Source: Camelus ferus (taxonomy: Eukaryota). From it: a DNA stretch of 64,000 nucleotides. Below the pieces are notes generated by a model. That model was not told where the DNA came from. It made no database searches and was given only the letters and a program-made list of their open reading frames with translations. This document shows, piece after piece, positions 37,101 to 50,947 of the stretch. The DNA lies in NCBI RefSeq assembly GCF_009834535.1, contig NC_045696.1:90460001-90524000 (forward strand), in the 5' to 3' direction. Position 1 is the first letter of the stretch. Each line of letters starts with the position of its first letter. The position numbers were made by a program, and so were the translations under genes.

Positions 37101-38394
37101 ATGGAGAGAACTAGCTACTTACAATGTCCCCTCACTATAAAATGACTTTTTAGTTCTTAAGTGATTTGAAAGAGATTGAGATAATCTTAATTTGCATGAA
37201 CTCATCTAATTCGAAAGCTTACTTATTATTGCTGTAATTTACTGGTTTAAATGCGACAAGTAGATACCCTATGGCCCAGCAATTCCACTTTTAGGAATCT
37301 ACACGCCATTAAAAAGAACGAGGCATACAGATGGGCTGCTGTGGGAAGTTATCTAAGGCAGATAATCAGGGGAAAAAATTAACTGCAGACAAATCTGTTC
37401 TCATGGTCTGAAAAGAGTCCATGTGTCAATATCTCAACAGAGATGTATCTGTTGAAGCACAGGGGGAGGCTGGGAGGACCGTTAATAATGGTCACCTGGT
37501 GGGGAGCGACAACTTGGCAGCCGAGTAGGAGGGGCAGATATTGTTTATTCAAAAGCTGGGTGCATATGGATGAGTTATCTTTTATGGGTTTTTTTCCCCA
37601 GTATTTTTTAATAAAAGACCCAAATCACAAAAATGTGGAAAATATTACTTGAGTAAAAGCTTAATTCTTTACATAACTCATTTTGTGTATTCTTTTTTTA
37701 ACAAATGAGCATATTTAATAAATTGTGGCCATTTGCTAGCTGGCATAAATTATATAATTTATAGAAAAATATACAAATGAATATTGAGAAAAGTTTTAAG
37801 TACTTAGCAGAAACAGAATTAGATTAGTAAAATGGTGGCCATTCATATTTAACTTACAAATTCCACATCTGAACTGGAATCCAATATTCAAATCCCCCAT
37901 TGACATTTAAACATTAGATTTTTTTTTAATTTGAAAGTAAAAATACATTTCAAATCTGTGCTGTCTTGTTTGCAGAAGGACAAAGATTTTTGTCATAGAT
38001 GGGCTAATTCTAAAATCAGTGTTTCAAAAAATAAGAAAATAAGAGAACTCTTTGAAAGTTTTACAACTCTTTCGAAGCTCTTAAAGGTCTGTGTAAATGC
38101 CCTGCAAAGGGATTTAGAAATTAATTGAACAATGTCTTTTGGGAATTATACTGCAGTTATTACAGCAAGACAAACATATCTAGAAACTGGAACTTCAAGT
38201 TCATAACCCTAAACAGAAACCGAGTCTCTGGTATTTTCTAGACTGTGTCATATGCTAACCTATTTACCAATCACTTGTCATCTTCTCTTATTAATTATAA
38301 AAAAGATGAGTTAAAAGTCTCTGAGCACCTTTGCTGAAAATGGCCCACATGGCCTTGGAAACACGAGTGTGGTTGTAGAACAAATGTTAACAGG

Positions 38395-38630
38395 GGGTGG
38401 GGGGTGAATTAGGAGTTTGGGATTAGCAGATACAAACTACTATATATAAAACAGATAAGCAACAAGGACCTACTGTATAGCACAGGGAACTACATTCAAT
38501 ACCTTGTAATAGCCCATATGGAAGAGTATACAAGTGTATGAAAAAGAATACGTATGTATAACAAAATCACTATGCTGTATATGAAAAACCAATACAACAT
38601 TGCAAATTAACTACATTTCAATTTAAAAAA
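38395..38630 (+). mobile_element. Short L1 3' end
   Basis: ggagtttgggattagcagatacaaactactatatataaaacagataagcaacaaggacctactgtatagcacagggaact... Confidence 0.85.
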
Positions 38631-39732
38631 TGTTAATGTGAAAATGGTTTTCTTCCTGAAGGTTCAACTGTTTTAGATGGAACAGGTCTTACGTAGCACA
38701 GGGACTGGGATGCCAGTGATGCTCTATGGTAGGCATAAAAAATTTTGCCTAGTGAACTACTTCAAACATGGAGAAAGTATATTTTTGGAGACTATAATTT
38801 TGGATGACTCCCCATTTTCATTGTATGTAATGACACTGCAGCTGATTCAAATACACAGCATTCTGAAAAAAGTATTTTTTCAAACTATTAATGAACGAGT
38901 TATCTTCTCCAGGTCATTTAGACTTACAGCAGAAAGAGAAGAGAAAAGTTACAATGGGGTTAAATAAATAATCCAGTTACAGGATTTGTTTTTAAAAAAT
39001 CCACCCAATCTTTAATATAGTCATTTGATCTACTGTGCTGCTGTTTGGAAAACATTTACTTACTTCTCATTTGTGTTTCCAATTCCATTTTAAGTTTATA
39101 GTACTTTCATGGAACATCCATGGGTAGATAAACTGTAGTTATGGATTTCATTCAAGACATGGGATTTTAGCAGTTCATTTTTTAAAAAGATTATGAAGGG
39201 AGCCTACACTATAACAGGTCTTTTACACTGTGGGATTTAAGCCTAAGTTCCATGTCATAAGATGTCAAGAAGAGAGGGTCAGTTCAGTTCACCATTCTCC
39301 TAGAACTGCAGCAGGATCATTTTGCCATTCCTTCTCAAGACCTAAAAATAAAATGGTACACTGTTGAGTTTAAAGTGTTGTGTCTTACTATATTGGTAAA
39401 CTTTACTTCTTGAAAACTGACAAATTGCTCGCAAGGAGAGCAATCACAGGAGCCAGCAGGTGGACCCTGAATGACCACACCCACGTCGTTTGAAATATTA
39501 TTTATATAATTTAAAAACTGGCCCAGAAAGAAAGTCTGGGCAAGGGCAGGACTAGTAAGATCCCGTTTAAACTCTAGCCCCACTGACGTTAGTCACTAAT
39601 GCAATGAAGGCACTGTGTACTCTGACCTTCCCTATGATTTTTATCAGGCCTTTGTCAGCTCAGAGACATCTGAAGATACAAATCACAGAAATCAAACTAG
39701 CTAAGTTACAGAACATCTATTTATTTATTTAG

Positions 39733-39893
39733 CTTTTTATAGTTGATTTTTAAATTTATTTATTAGTTTTTTTTGGGGGGGGAAGGAGGCAATTAGGCTT
39801 AGTTATTTATTTTTAGAGGAAGTACTGGGGACTGAACCCAGGACCTTGTGTATGCTAAGCATGCGCTCTACCACTTGAGCTATACCCTTCCCC
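39733..39893 (-). mobile_element. tRNA-derived SINE (Vic-1-like) nested in the tail of an older L1
   Basis: Reverse complement reads ggggaagggtatagctcaagtggtagagcgcatgcttagcatacacaaggtcctgggttcagtcccc. Flanked by ttatttattta repeats. Confidence 0.9.
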
Positions 39894-39899
39894 TTATTT

Positions 39900-40440
39900 A
39901 TTTAAGTAGATTTTTTTTTTATTGTGGTAAAATACACAGAATTACCAGCTTCACCATTTTTAAGTGTACAGTTCAGTGGTATTAAACACATTCCCATTGT
40001 TGTCCAACTATCACCATCAACCATTCCCATAACTCTTTTCATCTCATAAAACTGAAACTCTATACCCATTAAACAATAATGCCGTTTCCCCTCCCCTGGC
40101 AACTGCCATTATACTATCTGCCTTTATGATTTTAACTACTCTAAGTACCTCATACAAGTGGAATCATACAGTGTTTGTCTTTTTGTGAATGGATTATTTC
40201 ACTTAGCATAATGTCATCAAGGTTCATCCATGTTATAGCATACTGTAGAATTTCCTTCCTATTTAAGGCTGAGTAGTATTTCATTGTATACATACACTAC
40301 ATTTTACTTACCCATTCATCAATCCATGGATATTTGGGGTGCTTCCATGTCTGGGCTATTGCGAATACAGCTGCTATGAATACAGGTGTACAAACGTCTC
40401 TTTGAGACTCCGCTTTCAATTCTTTTGGGTATATATCCAG
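39900..40440 (-). mobile_element. L1MB-type 3' fragment
   Basis: ttattgtggtaaaatacac...ttttaagtgtacagttcagtggtattaa...ttcaattcttttgggtatatatccag. Putative TSD aca(t/c)ctatttattt at 39713-39726 and 40441-40454. Confidence 0.85.
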
Positions 40441-43400
40441 ACACCTATTTATTTTTTGCACTTGCTCCAAATAGCCTGAGTAGTTTTAATAGCCACACTG
40501 CTAAATAGACTGCCCATTTGAGATGGGGAAATTCATTCTTCCTTCACTGAAAAATATTCGAGAGCCTTCTTTGTGTCAGGCATAGGGTAGATTCTGGGGA
40601 TACAATGATAGCAAAAGTAACTTGGAAATATATGATGACAGAGCATTTTCTTTAATTTGGAAAAAACCTGCCAAACAGAATATACTGATCAACATCCATC
40701 TCTATAATAAAAGATGAAGATAATTAGAGAATTTACAAGGAGTTCTTTCTTACTTCCATTTTTATTCTTGTTCTGCTATAAAGACTCAGATATTTTCTTA
40801 CCAAGATGACTTGTTTCTCCATTATTCCAAAAAGGAGCTCCAAAGAGTAAGTAGGGCTTACATTTAAAGGATGGCATTTCAACATTTTCTAAACAATTTA
40901 AGGACTGTATCAACTGAGTGAAGGCCAAGAGCTGGTTTAAAACCTCTTCCATCATACTCAAAAGGAATTCTGGGGTAGGGGAAGAGGGGAAGAAAGGAGT
41001 AACGTGTAAGTATTCCAGGTCAATTCATTTATAGTTTAGTGACCAAAAATGTCCTATGTCTTGTTTCATTTCTAGCTTTTGTTACTATCTCAGTTGCTCA
41101 CTTAAAGATTTTCACTTGATACTCAAACCAAAGGAACATTTGGGGAGGGATTTAACCACAGGCAAGTGAACTGTATCTTTTTGTTCCAAAACAATGCTTT
41201 CTGTAACAATGCAAAGTGGAAAAACAAAGAGGATCAGGGAACACACAGTGGTCCCCGTGGCTATGAAAGGCCTTACTGGCAGATGCAATTCTTTTTAGCA
41301 CTGAAATTCTCCTTTCAGCTACTATTGTCTGTCTTGCTCATGTCATCTTGGCTGACAAGTGGTGGTGACCCAAGACTGCTGGCAGTGGCCAAATGAAGGT
41401 TTGGCTTATTCAACTGATTCTCCACTAAAAGGAAGAAATGGTCAGAGGAAGCCAGAGGGTGACCAGCAACCTAAAAATTTGCCTGAATTTTTAAATAAGG
41501 TAGAGAGGGCAGGGCCACTTGGGTCTTTTACAAGAAGGGAATGGAAGTGTAACCATGGGTTGGAAGTGCAACAGTTCCCCAGCCTCCCAGAGCAGCAATA
41601 AGGAAGATGGAAGTGATGGCTGTGCATCCTTGTGGCTCCAGAAGCTTTCTTATTCTTCAAGTGTTCTTTCAGTTGTGAAGTCATCATGAAGCCTTCCTTA
41701 ATTTTTTAACTTACAGTAATTTCTCTCTTCTTTGCAATCATGTCCTCTTCTCTGCCACTAAGTATTATATTTCTCATGTCATATATATGTCTGGTCTTCA
41801 TAACTAAGCCTATTGAGGGAAGGACCCCTTCTGGATTCACCCATATATACCCAAATGCCCTTACTGTGCCCAGAACAAACTTGGCAGTCAAAAAAAGTTA
41901 ATGAGTAAGTGGGTAAATCTGACTGAAGAATACCTGAGTTCCCCAAGTAAGCAGGGAACAGGCCACTAACTGCAGAGCAATCAAGGTTTCTTGTGGTCTT
42001 GGCAGGGAAAGCTGAGGACAAAGCTGGGATGAGGTCTACGGGCCATGGCAGTTCAAGCACATACATAAGGAGTATGCTGAGGTTGGAGTGGAGCTTTTCA
42101 GATCATTACCCGTGCAACTATTTGTTCCATATTTCATTAAGATGGCTACCATGTCAATATGTTACCTTGGCACAAACAGTACACTTTTTCTATCAAGGGC
42201 TTTCTTTTGTGCTATTTTATTGAAAAATCAAAGACAGCAGGTCTGCTATTAGTATCCTCATTTCACACACTAGGATGCTGAAGCGAGGAGGGTGAATGAC
42301 TCAAAGTGTTCTTTCTCATATTCTTAGGTATCTGCCTCTTCATAATTAGGAAGTGCCAGGAAAAATTTTTTATTCCACTTTCCCTGAGAATGCGCTCAGT
42401 TCAGAAATGAAAACTTGTACTATTAGTACTCATCATTTTGTATGAAGTCAGTGTTTCAAAAAACACTTTGAGGTCTCATGGAAGTCCAAATTGTTGCCAT
42501 TAATCAAGTGACATGAAAAGGATTGTTCTGTTTTATAGACTCATTATATTAGGATAGTAAAGAAAGCTTGGATGCATAACCTAGCTTGACTTTGGTGATA
42601 TGTTTGATAGCGGTCTATGAAGTCTTTCTCATTAAATTTGATTTGGCTTGTGCGGTAATACTGTAGTCTTCAACAGGAATGCAGGTAAACAAAGTTAATA
42701 ATACATTAAAATGAATCATACTGGAAATCAGGAAGGAGGGGAATAGTCACTGAGTTCCTGCAGGGACTAAAGTTTAATTAATTCAAAAAAAATTATTCTC
42801 TATCTCGATGAAAAATTTAGCTGTAAAATACAAATCTATTGCAGTTCAAGCTTCTGCATTTGGGCCACTTGTCACAGAGGAACATGGGTGTTAAATATAA
42901 TTAAAGTGGATGACAGTATTTTCACTATTTTATAAATGAGGAACATCAGGCATACTGAGAAAAAAATGCCTCGTCCAGGTTCTTTGGAGAATCACTAGTG
43001 GCCCAAATGACAACCCATATTCTTGCCTAGACCACTGATACACACTTCCCCAAAGGGGAACAGCCCTTTCACTATTTACAAGTTACATAATGAATGAAAC
43101 ACAAAATTATTCAGTAACTATAATCCCTTTTTAAAGTTACTACAAATTTGTATATGTTAAAAACCACACAAACCTGAGTCCATACTGGGCACTTTTACTT
43201 ACAGCTAAGGGGAAAAAAAAACCCACTAGCATATATTAGAATATGAAAACATGTTTGTATGAAAACAAGTATTTTGTCATCAGTCTATTTTCCATGCCTT
43301 TTGCAACTGGTTTTTAATTCTTTGTATTTTTCATTTTTAACAGGGATTACAACTTTAGTCATTTCAGAAATTTAAAAAGATGGCATCAAAATCTCCTATA

Positions 43401-44112
43401 TATTGGTAATACGAGCTTAAGAACTTTTCATGCTTATCTTGTGTTCTGAGCTGCATGTAGTCTTCACAGATACAAATTAGAGCAGAACAAAATAGAAAAG
43501 GGTAATACACATGTCAGCTGTTGAAAACTAGTTTTGTAAGGCAAGGCCTAAATGTCCTTATCTCTGGCATGTTCAGTAATGGAATGCATAGTTGATTTTC
43601 ATTCAGCTACCAGTGAAAGGTATTCCACAATGACAGATAGCCTTATCAAAATTACCATTAGCTGGCTTCCTCTACAGGGAATAGCAGTTGGTTAAGTAAG
43701 ACTGAAGTGAGAGCTCTTACAAGTTTTCTCAGAAACAATTCCCCACCATGATATGTGGCCAACTGGTTAGGTCTTGTGTGAACACATAATTTTTAAAAGA
43801 ATGAGCTGGGACCTGCTAACATGATTCAAAGGAGCATCTAGTAAAAGCTGATGTCTAAGCAATAAAGCAACAATTCGTTTAATTTTCAAGAAGTTTTTTC
43901 ATTAAATTTGTTATTCCTCTAAGATTAACATGGCTCATTCTGCTTAAGATTGTTTATAGTGCTTTTAATTGTGCCTAAAATTTTACAATAAGGTGAAATA
44001 AAAGATTCAAAAATGGTTTTATAATATATAGAAGATGACCACTCATATTTATAGCTTGATTTTTTTATATATATGATTAATCAAAATTGTGCCTTTAAAT
44101 GGCAACGTGATA

Positions 44113-44182
44113 TTTATTGTACTCAGAAACATTACTGTGTGCCTTTTATTTTAACACTGCTGTTCTTAGGATTAGCTTTATT
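44113..44182 (-). terminator. RSRC1: Cluster of candidate RSRC1 polyadenylation signals
   Basis: Three minus-strand AATAAA hexamers (plus-strand TTTATT at 44113, 44145, 44177), 225-295 nt after the stop in an AT-rich 3' UTR. The site actually used is unknown and could lie further downstream. Confidence 0.45.
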
Positions 44183-44407
44183 AACAGTATGACATTTTCA
44201 TGCATTCTTAAACTTTACATTAGTTTTACTATTCAGTGTTTGATTAAGTTCAAATCAACAAATATTCAAGCCTACGTGAGAAAAGAATGAAATGAGATTA
44301 CCTTTATATATAATCATCTAAGTTATTTTTAAGAGTAAAAAGTTAATATTGGGATTTAAAAACCTAAATTTCCAATGTTACTGTTAATTCAACCGTATGT
44401 ATGTTAA

Positions 44408-44500
44408 TTAGGCCACAGGACTGCCCATTAGCCTTTCTTGTCGGAGAGCAATTAATCTCTTGAACCACTTTTCCTCAGCATCAGCTTTCTCAATAAATAA
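44408..44500 (-). CDS. RSRC1: RSRC1 last coding exon with stop codon
   Basis: ttttatttcag|TTA TTT ATT GAG...GTG GCC TAA encodes [30 protein letters not shown], the RSRC1 C-terminus. Confidence 0.97.
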
Positions 44501-45145
44501 CTGAAATAAAAAAAAAGAAGAAGAAAAAATGTTATTGTTTGCCAACAACTTGGATTTGACCCTACATAATAAGATAAGTCACCTGTACAGAACACTTCCT
44601 TCAGCACAAGATTTGGATAGTGTTTAACTCTTGCTGACCTCTTAACAGAAGATCATCTATTTGGAATAAAGCTCAGAAAAGTCCTAGAGTAAAATGACTA
44701 ATATCATCATCAATGGTTAGCAGTTTTACATCTCATTTTGAGAAGTTCATTTCCTACAATCTTTATGGGAGACATAGTGGCATGACACCATTTCACAGAA
44801 GACAGCAGAGTATGATAATGATGTATGCACAGTCAGTGAGCCAACTGGAGCACAACCAGAATGAGACCTTTTAGTGTCAGATTAAAAACAAAACTCTTCT
44901 ATTTGCTTATTTTTCTTACTCACTGAATCTTCTAGAAGTCAGGTAACATGAGTTGGACCGAACCAGATTCAAATACATGTAATAATTCTGAGGGCTGGAG
45001 GTGAGCTGCCTATTTTTAGCAAATAGGAACATATGAATCCATTTCCTCCAGTGGTCTTCTTGTTACCAGCACAAAAGGACAACAGCTTGAATTAACTTCA
45101 GTCGACTAGACTTAAACTGATATTCTTAAGGTTTAAGGGTCTTAC

Positions 45146-45298
45146 ATTCGGATGGGCCAGAGAATTGTCATCTTGGTACTTGATGGCAGTAGGGATGCTG
45201 CTAGGGTCTATTTCCTTTTCATTACTTGGTGGATCAGCAACTACTGACACTGGTCCTGATGTTGCAGCTGCATGCTTCACTTCACTAGGTTCCACTGA
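45146..45298 (-). CDS. RSRC1: RSRC1 penultimate coding exon
   Basis: tttag|TCA GTG GAA...CAT CCG AAT|gtaag, 153 nt. Encodes [51 protein letters not shown]. Confidence 0.96.
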
Positions 45299-45689
45299 CT
45301 AAACGTAAAACACACATTGTTCGCTGGATCACAAGATACAATTAAAATTTCGCTTTGATAATATTTCTGATTTTGAGTAATAATTGCTCAACTGCCCTTC
45401 TTTGAGATAATACCAATCACAAAAAGGTCCTAAGTTATTGAATAAGAAACAGTTATTCCTAAAACAAGCAAACAAATACAAAACCACTGTGAAAATGTAA
45501 TTTCTTACAATCAGTATATTTTTCTTAAGAAATTGGTACTTATGAGTCTATACTACTGAAAACATATACATGTTTCATATAACTAAATTCTATTAATCAA
45601 AAGAAGCTTGCAACAAATCTCTACTTAGTTGGTCTCTTTAGGTATAAAAGACAAATTCAAAGGTTATTACTATAATTTTTTACTAAGTC

Positions 45690-46060
45690 TTACTGAGATA
45701 CAATTCCATATCACAATTCATATAGCTTTTACCATATCAACAGAGTTTTGCAAATAACACCACAAGCAACTTTGGAAGATTTTCAGCATCCTCCTAAAAA
45801 ACCCCATACCCATTAGCAGTCACTGCTCCTCACTTCTCCCCAACCTTCCCATCTCTAGGTAACCACTAACCTACTTTCTGTCTTTACAGATTTCCCTATT
45901 CTGGGTATTTCATATAAAAGGAATCACATATGTGTTTTTTTTTTTGTGACTAGCTTCTTTCATTCAGCATAGTGTTTTCAAGGTTCATCCATGTTTGTAA
46001 CACATATCAGTATTTCACTCCTTTTTGTTGCTGAATCACATTCCACTGTATGGCATATTA
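45690..46060 (-). mobile_element. L1MB-type 3' fragment
   Basis: aaaaaccccatacccattagcagtcact...ctaggtaaccactaacctactttctgtct...ttttcaaggttcatccatg. Confidence 0.8.
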
Positions 46061-47338
46061 TATGCCAGGTACCGTGCTAAGTGCTGGGGACAAAAAGACC
46101 AATAAGTCTTTCTGCTGGAAGGAACCAGGAGTGTAGTGCTAAGGTTAATTCCAGTATCTCCTTCCCTGAGAGAAGAGGAGGCCAGGGAAGTGGCCAATTA
46201 ACAGCACAGTTGCAGGAATACTATGAGATGGATTAGATGAGAAGTTGAAATTATAAGTCAAAATAAAAAAAACCCTAGATGACTGGGAGATTAATTCCTC
46301 TCCTTAGCCTTTTTTTTCTACACCTATTGATTCTACACCTATAGTTTTTCAGTTTCCATTTTCTTCTGATTTAATCTACTTCTGAATATCCACTTCTCTG
46401 AATGAAGTGCAAAACAGATGTCACTGGGGAAAACATCTAGAAAATGAAATACGCATGAATTAGTTAATCCTTTATTATAATAATTTATCTTATTTAGAGT
46501 TGGAGATCCATCTATTTTACCAGTATTTACTGGCATTACTAATTGCTTAGCACATTGCTTACACAAGGGAGGATAAAAAGATATGTTCCCTGTCCAAATT
46601 GGAAACTATATTTTTCTAATGGGATGACAGATCACTAACAAATACATACCAAAATATATGACAAACTGTTCACAAGTTACATAGAGATATTTTAAAAAAT
46701 ATTTGGTAAATTTGATTTGGCAGTTTTCTTCTTATATTTTGGAGCTAATATTATTCCCCCCCTCCCCCCCCCCCAACCTCAAGGCTTATTCCCTAAATGA
46801 CATTATTTTGACCCTTTGTAAAACTGGAGCCATTTAACAGTCAAGCCCAATATTCTGCACAGGGGAAAATGGGAAGTACGCTAATCCAAGGAGGTCCAGG
46901 ACATCACTTTTTGGTACTCTAAGTTGCCAGGCAGGGAATATAGAAGCATGCTATTCTGAATATCTAGGCCACAGTTTGACAGGGCTCAGCTAGGAGACTG
47001 GCTGCCCAAATTGTGAAGTGCTGTTATTCTAGTTGCCAAATATGTGGATTACACATGTTCAGAGATAACATTCTATTATAAAAACCAAGTAATCTGATTT
47101 TGTTTTTACCTACATAGTACATTGAAGTCTTCTCTGAAAAGTGCTTAGACACACATAAGGTAAAGTTCTCAAGGGTTAGGATCAGAGCATAGGAGTTATT
47201 ATTTAATAATGGGTAATGAAAAAAAAATGAGGAGAACCATTAATTCCTTCTTTATGCAAGTGAGGAAAGCTGTTAGAGAAAATTTGACCATAAAAAACCC
47301 TCAACATGGCCGCTATCAAAACATCTGGCTTTGAGTAA

Positions 47339-47356
47339 CACTGCCACCTAATGGTT
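47339..47356 (-). promoter_or_regulatory. Candidate CTCF site
   Basis: Minus strand CCATTAGGTGGCAGTG, one mismatch to CCASYAGRKGGCRS. Confidence 0.45.
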
Positions 47357-50187
47357 CAGTTTGGAAAAACTTGTTTTAACATGTACTTAACAAATACTTA
47401 ACATGTACTTATGTCAAAGAACAAATGCTCATGCTGCTTAGGGTTATTTACCCTCTTTTTGAACACAGGCAAGTATCTGCCAAATACAATAATTTCAGGA
47501 TTGAATAATTGGTAATAAACTTATTGGGGGCAGCAGTTTGAAAACAAGTTGCATCTTGGTTCCTGAAGTTTATGATATAGCAGGAACTATCAGATTATCT
47601 ACTCTCACTAGAGAAATATGATTGCAGAGAGTTAAACTAGTTAAATCAATATGTGTTGCAGGAGACACAATATCTAGCATGTCATTGGTAATAGCCACTT
47701 TTCTATTAATAGCTTACTAGCTTTATTAGTAGAATTAACACAGCTGAAGACTCTACCAACTGAAGGGGTGGCTAGTTACAGAAAAGCCTTTTTCAGAGAT
47801 ACAAACTTTATACCAATGCATGTAGAACTATCCAGGAGATAAGGATGTTGAAACTTGGGTCATAATTTAGTCCTCAAGAGTTAGTCTTTGGGCATCTATC
47901 CCTGATGGGCATCAGGGATAGCCCATCACATCTCCCCATGACCTGGGTGAAATGGTCCTCAGGATAATTTACCTTCTTTTGCTAAGTAATCTCCTGATAA
48001 ATAATTCAGCTTCTTGGGCATCCTGAATCCTTCACCTTATACTGCAGACACAGACATTTTAGTACTGGAAAGGGATATCACTTTCTAAACTAATAAATTG
48101 GTCCTTTGTTTTATATTACAGTCAAGTGTGAATTTATTCGTTGTTGACCCATCACTGCTCTTCTGATCATTTTGAAATGTGGTGACTAATAAAGTCCAGT
48201 GTTAGACAGCTAATACTTTATACTATTGTACATTCACCAAGGTAAATGCCATCTTCTGAGGCTTTTTAGCATATTTCCCTGCTGCGGTCACTCTAATGCA
48301 TGCTTTCTTTATACTTCAACAGGGAATATACATTGAGTTCACAATTATGAGAGATGTTTAATTAGTAGGAAAAACATGGGCTCTGGAGTTGGATAATTTG
48401 GTTGGATACTGCTTTCTATTATTTATTAGCAGTTTGACCAAGGGTTATAAAATTTGCTAAACCTCAGCTTCCTCACTATAAATAACAGTTATTAGGATAT
48501 TAGGTAAATTATAAGTACTAAATGTGTAAGGATTAATGGTAGCCAACATTATTTTAAGTTCTTTAAATATATTTTAAAAGTGGGGCTAGGAAACAGCATT
48601 GTTTTATGTCATTTGCTTAGTGCTTTAACGTTTCCAAATGACTATCTTGAAACAAACTGGTCCAAAGCTGATGTCTCTAGATGAAACCAGTAAGTTACTA
48701 TGGAAAGTAATTTTTAACTATTTGCTTGGTAATACAGTAGGCTACCAAGTCTCAAATAAGGAGAATTTTAGAGTCTCCAGATCATAAAAATCACATAAAA
48801 TAATCTCTGGCCCAATCAAAATGGGAATCCTTCTATCTACAATTCCTCTTAAGGAAGCCACAGACAAATGTTCAGTGTTCAGTAAGGAGAGGAGGTGGGG
48901 TAGCAGCAGGAAGAGCAGTAGGATAATAGCTTTTACTTTCCGAGTATCTGCTGTATGCCAGGTGCGAGTCTAACTGCTTTAGGTAAAGTATCTTGCTCAT
49001 CCTTACAAAAGCCTCTGCCATGGGTATTATCCCCATTTTAAGAAAAGAGAGCCAAGGTTGCATGAGGTTATTATGTAGTTTAAGGACATATATAGCCAGT
49101 AAATAGCAAAATCAGAAAGTGGTTCCAGGTCTCACTCTACATCTCATGCTTTTGACCACTGATTTCTAATTGTTAAATCCAAGAGATACTGCAATTTGGT
49201 TTGAATTTTAGAGGAAAGAAATAAAAGTGTTGGTTAAATATTTTAACTAAGTACATTTCTAAGTGGCTCAATTTGCAATGCTGCATTAACATTTCTAGGC
49301 TGCTTCTGCTTCTCTGTCATACTTATCTAACCTAGAACTAGTCAGTTCTAGGTTTTCCAGGTTGATTTTCTATCTTTCTATGAATTCTTGTTAAGGGGAA
49401 CCTCTTTTTAAAAGACAGTTGAAACAGAAGGTGGGTTTCTCTCACACATATATGTGAAGGTTGCTTACAAAATGATGAGGCTCCTATTCTATCTTATTCC
49501 TCTCAATCCCTAATGGTGGCTTCTGAATTAGAAGCACAAGAAAAACAATACTGAAGGTGAGTAAATTACAACTTAGCATTAAAACCTAAAGCAAACAAAA
49601 ACTAATTATTAAAATAATTAATAATGGTGGTCCCTCTAATGAGATGTATGTGAAATTTTTTTTATATTGGTCCCATGGGTTTTGTTATATAGGGTTTTTG
49701 TTATAGATTTGGGGACAAGAGTTTTTCTCTTGAATTCAGTCAGTTATCTTAAGATTAACAGCTATAGGAAATAATATTTTAAAACTTTTCAAGGGAATGT
49801 AAGAAGGTGAAAACATTACTAATCCTAGAATTCAAATAGATAGATATTATTACATGTACAAATTTCAAAAGACTTTAAAGGTGAAACCAGATATCTAACG
49901 AATTGCTGTATTTCTCAGCACGGGGTCTGTCTAACTGGTGAGTATGGAGACGCTGGGAAAATAAAGGGCATGCTGGAGAAACGTTAAGTGGAGTAAGGTA
50001 TTTATACTCAAGATAGTTTGAGCACCTACAGTCATAAAAGTTTTCAAGTACTATAGTTTATAGAATGTCCTTAGATAGCAAATAATTTAGATGCTAAGTA
50101 TGTTATTGAAAAACAAACATTTAATGGATCAAGAACCATGTTAGATATTTATATTTAATCCTTAGTTACTCTAAAAAGTAAGTATTC

Positions 50188-50825
50188 CCATATGACCCAG
50201 GAATCCCACTCCTGGGCATATATCCAGAAGGAACCCTACTTCAGGATGACACCTGCACCCCAATGTTCATAGCAGCATTATTTACAATAGCCAAGACATG
50301 GAAACAGCCTAAATGTCCATCAACAGATGACTGGATAAAGAAGATGTGGTATATTTATACAATGGAATACTACTCAGCCATAAAAACCGACAACGTAACG
50401 CCAATTGCAGCAACATGGATGCTCCTGGAGAATGTCACTCTAAGTAAAGTAAGCCAGAAAGAGAAAGAAAAATACCATATGAGATCACTCATATGTGGAA
50501 TCTAAAAAAAGAAAAAAAAAAACAACAAAGCATAAATACAAAACAGAAAATAGACTCACAGACATAGAATATAAACTTGTGGTTGCCAAGGGGGCGGGAG
50601 GTGGGAAGAGATAAATTGGGATTTCAAAACTGTAGAATAGATAAACAAGATTATACTGTATAGCACAGGGAAATATATACAAGATCTTATGATAGCTCAC
50701 AGAGAAAAAAATGTGACAATAAATGTACATATGTTCATGTATAACTGAAGAATTGTGCTCTACACTGGAATTTGACACAACATTGTAAAATGATTATAAA
50801 TCAATAAAAAATGTTAAAAAAAAAG
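50188..50825 (+). mobile_element. Young 5'-truncated L1 (about 0.64 kb), same 3' UTR type as the 17.96-19.88 kb copy
   Basis: ORF2 end [20 protein letters not shown]..., A-tail, and TSD taaaaagta(a/g)gtattc at 50172-50187 and 50826-50841. Confidence 0.95.
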
Positions 50826-50947
50826 TAAAAAGTAGGTATTCTTAGCTCTGCTTTATGAATTTGGAAACAGGCTTAGAAAGAGGTTAAGAGGTTTGCTTGA
50901 GACCATAAATCACGGTATGATGTAAAGGAGTTAAGATTCAAACTCAG

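Noticed and set aside
39453..39465. CCAGCAGGTGGAC CTCF-like motif
   Set aside because: Mismatch at the strongly conserved GGC position. It could equally be a plain E-box.
47375..47412. Short periodic repeats (11-mer here, 15-mer pair at 58742-58777) as a CRISPR-like array
   Set aside because: Eukaryotic DNA, only 2-3 units and no spacer structure. Ordinary slippage duplications.
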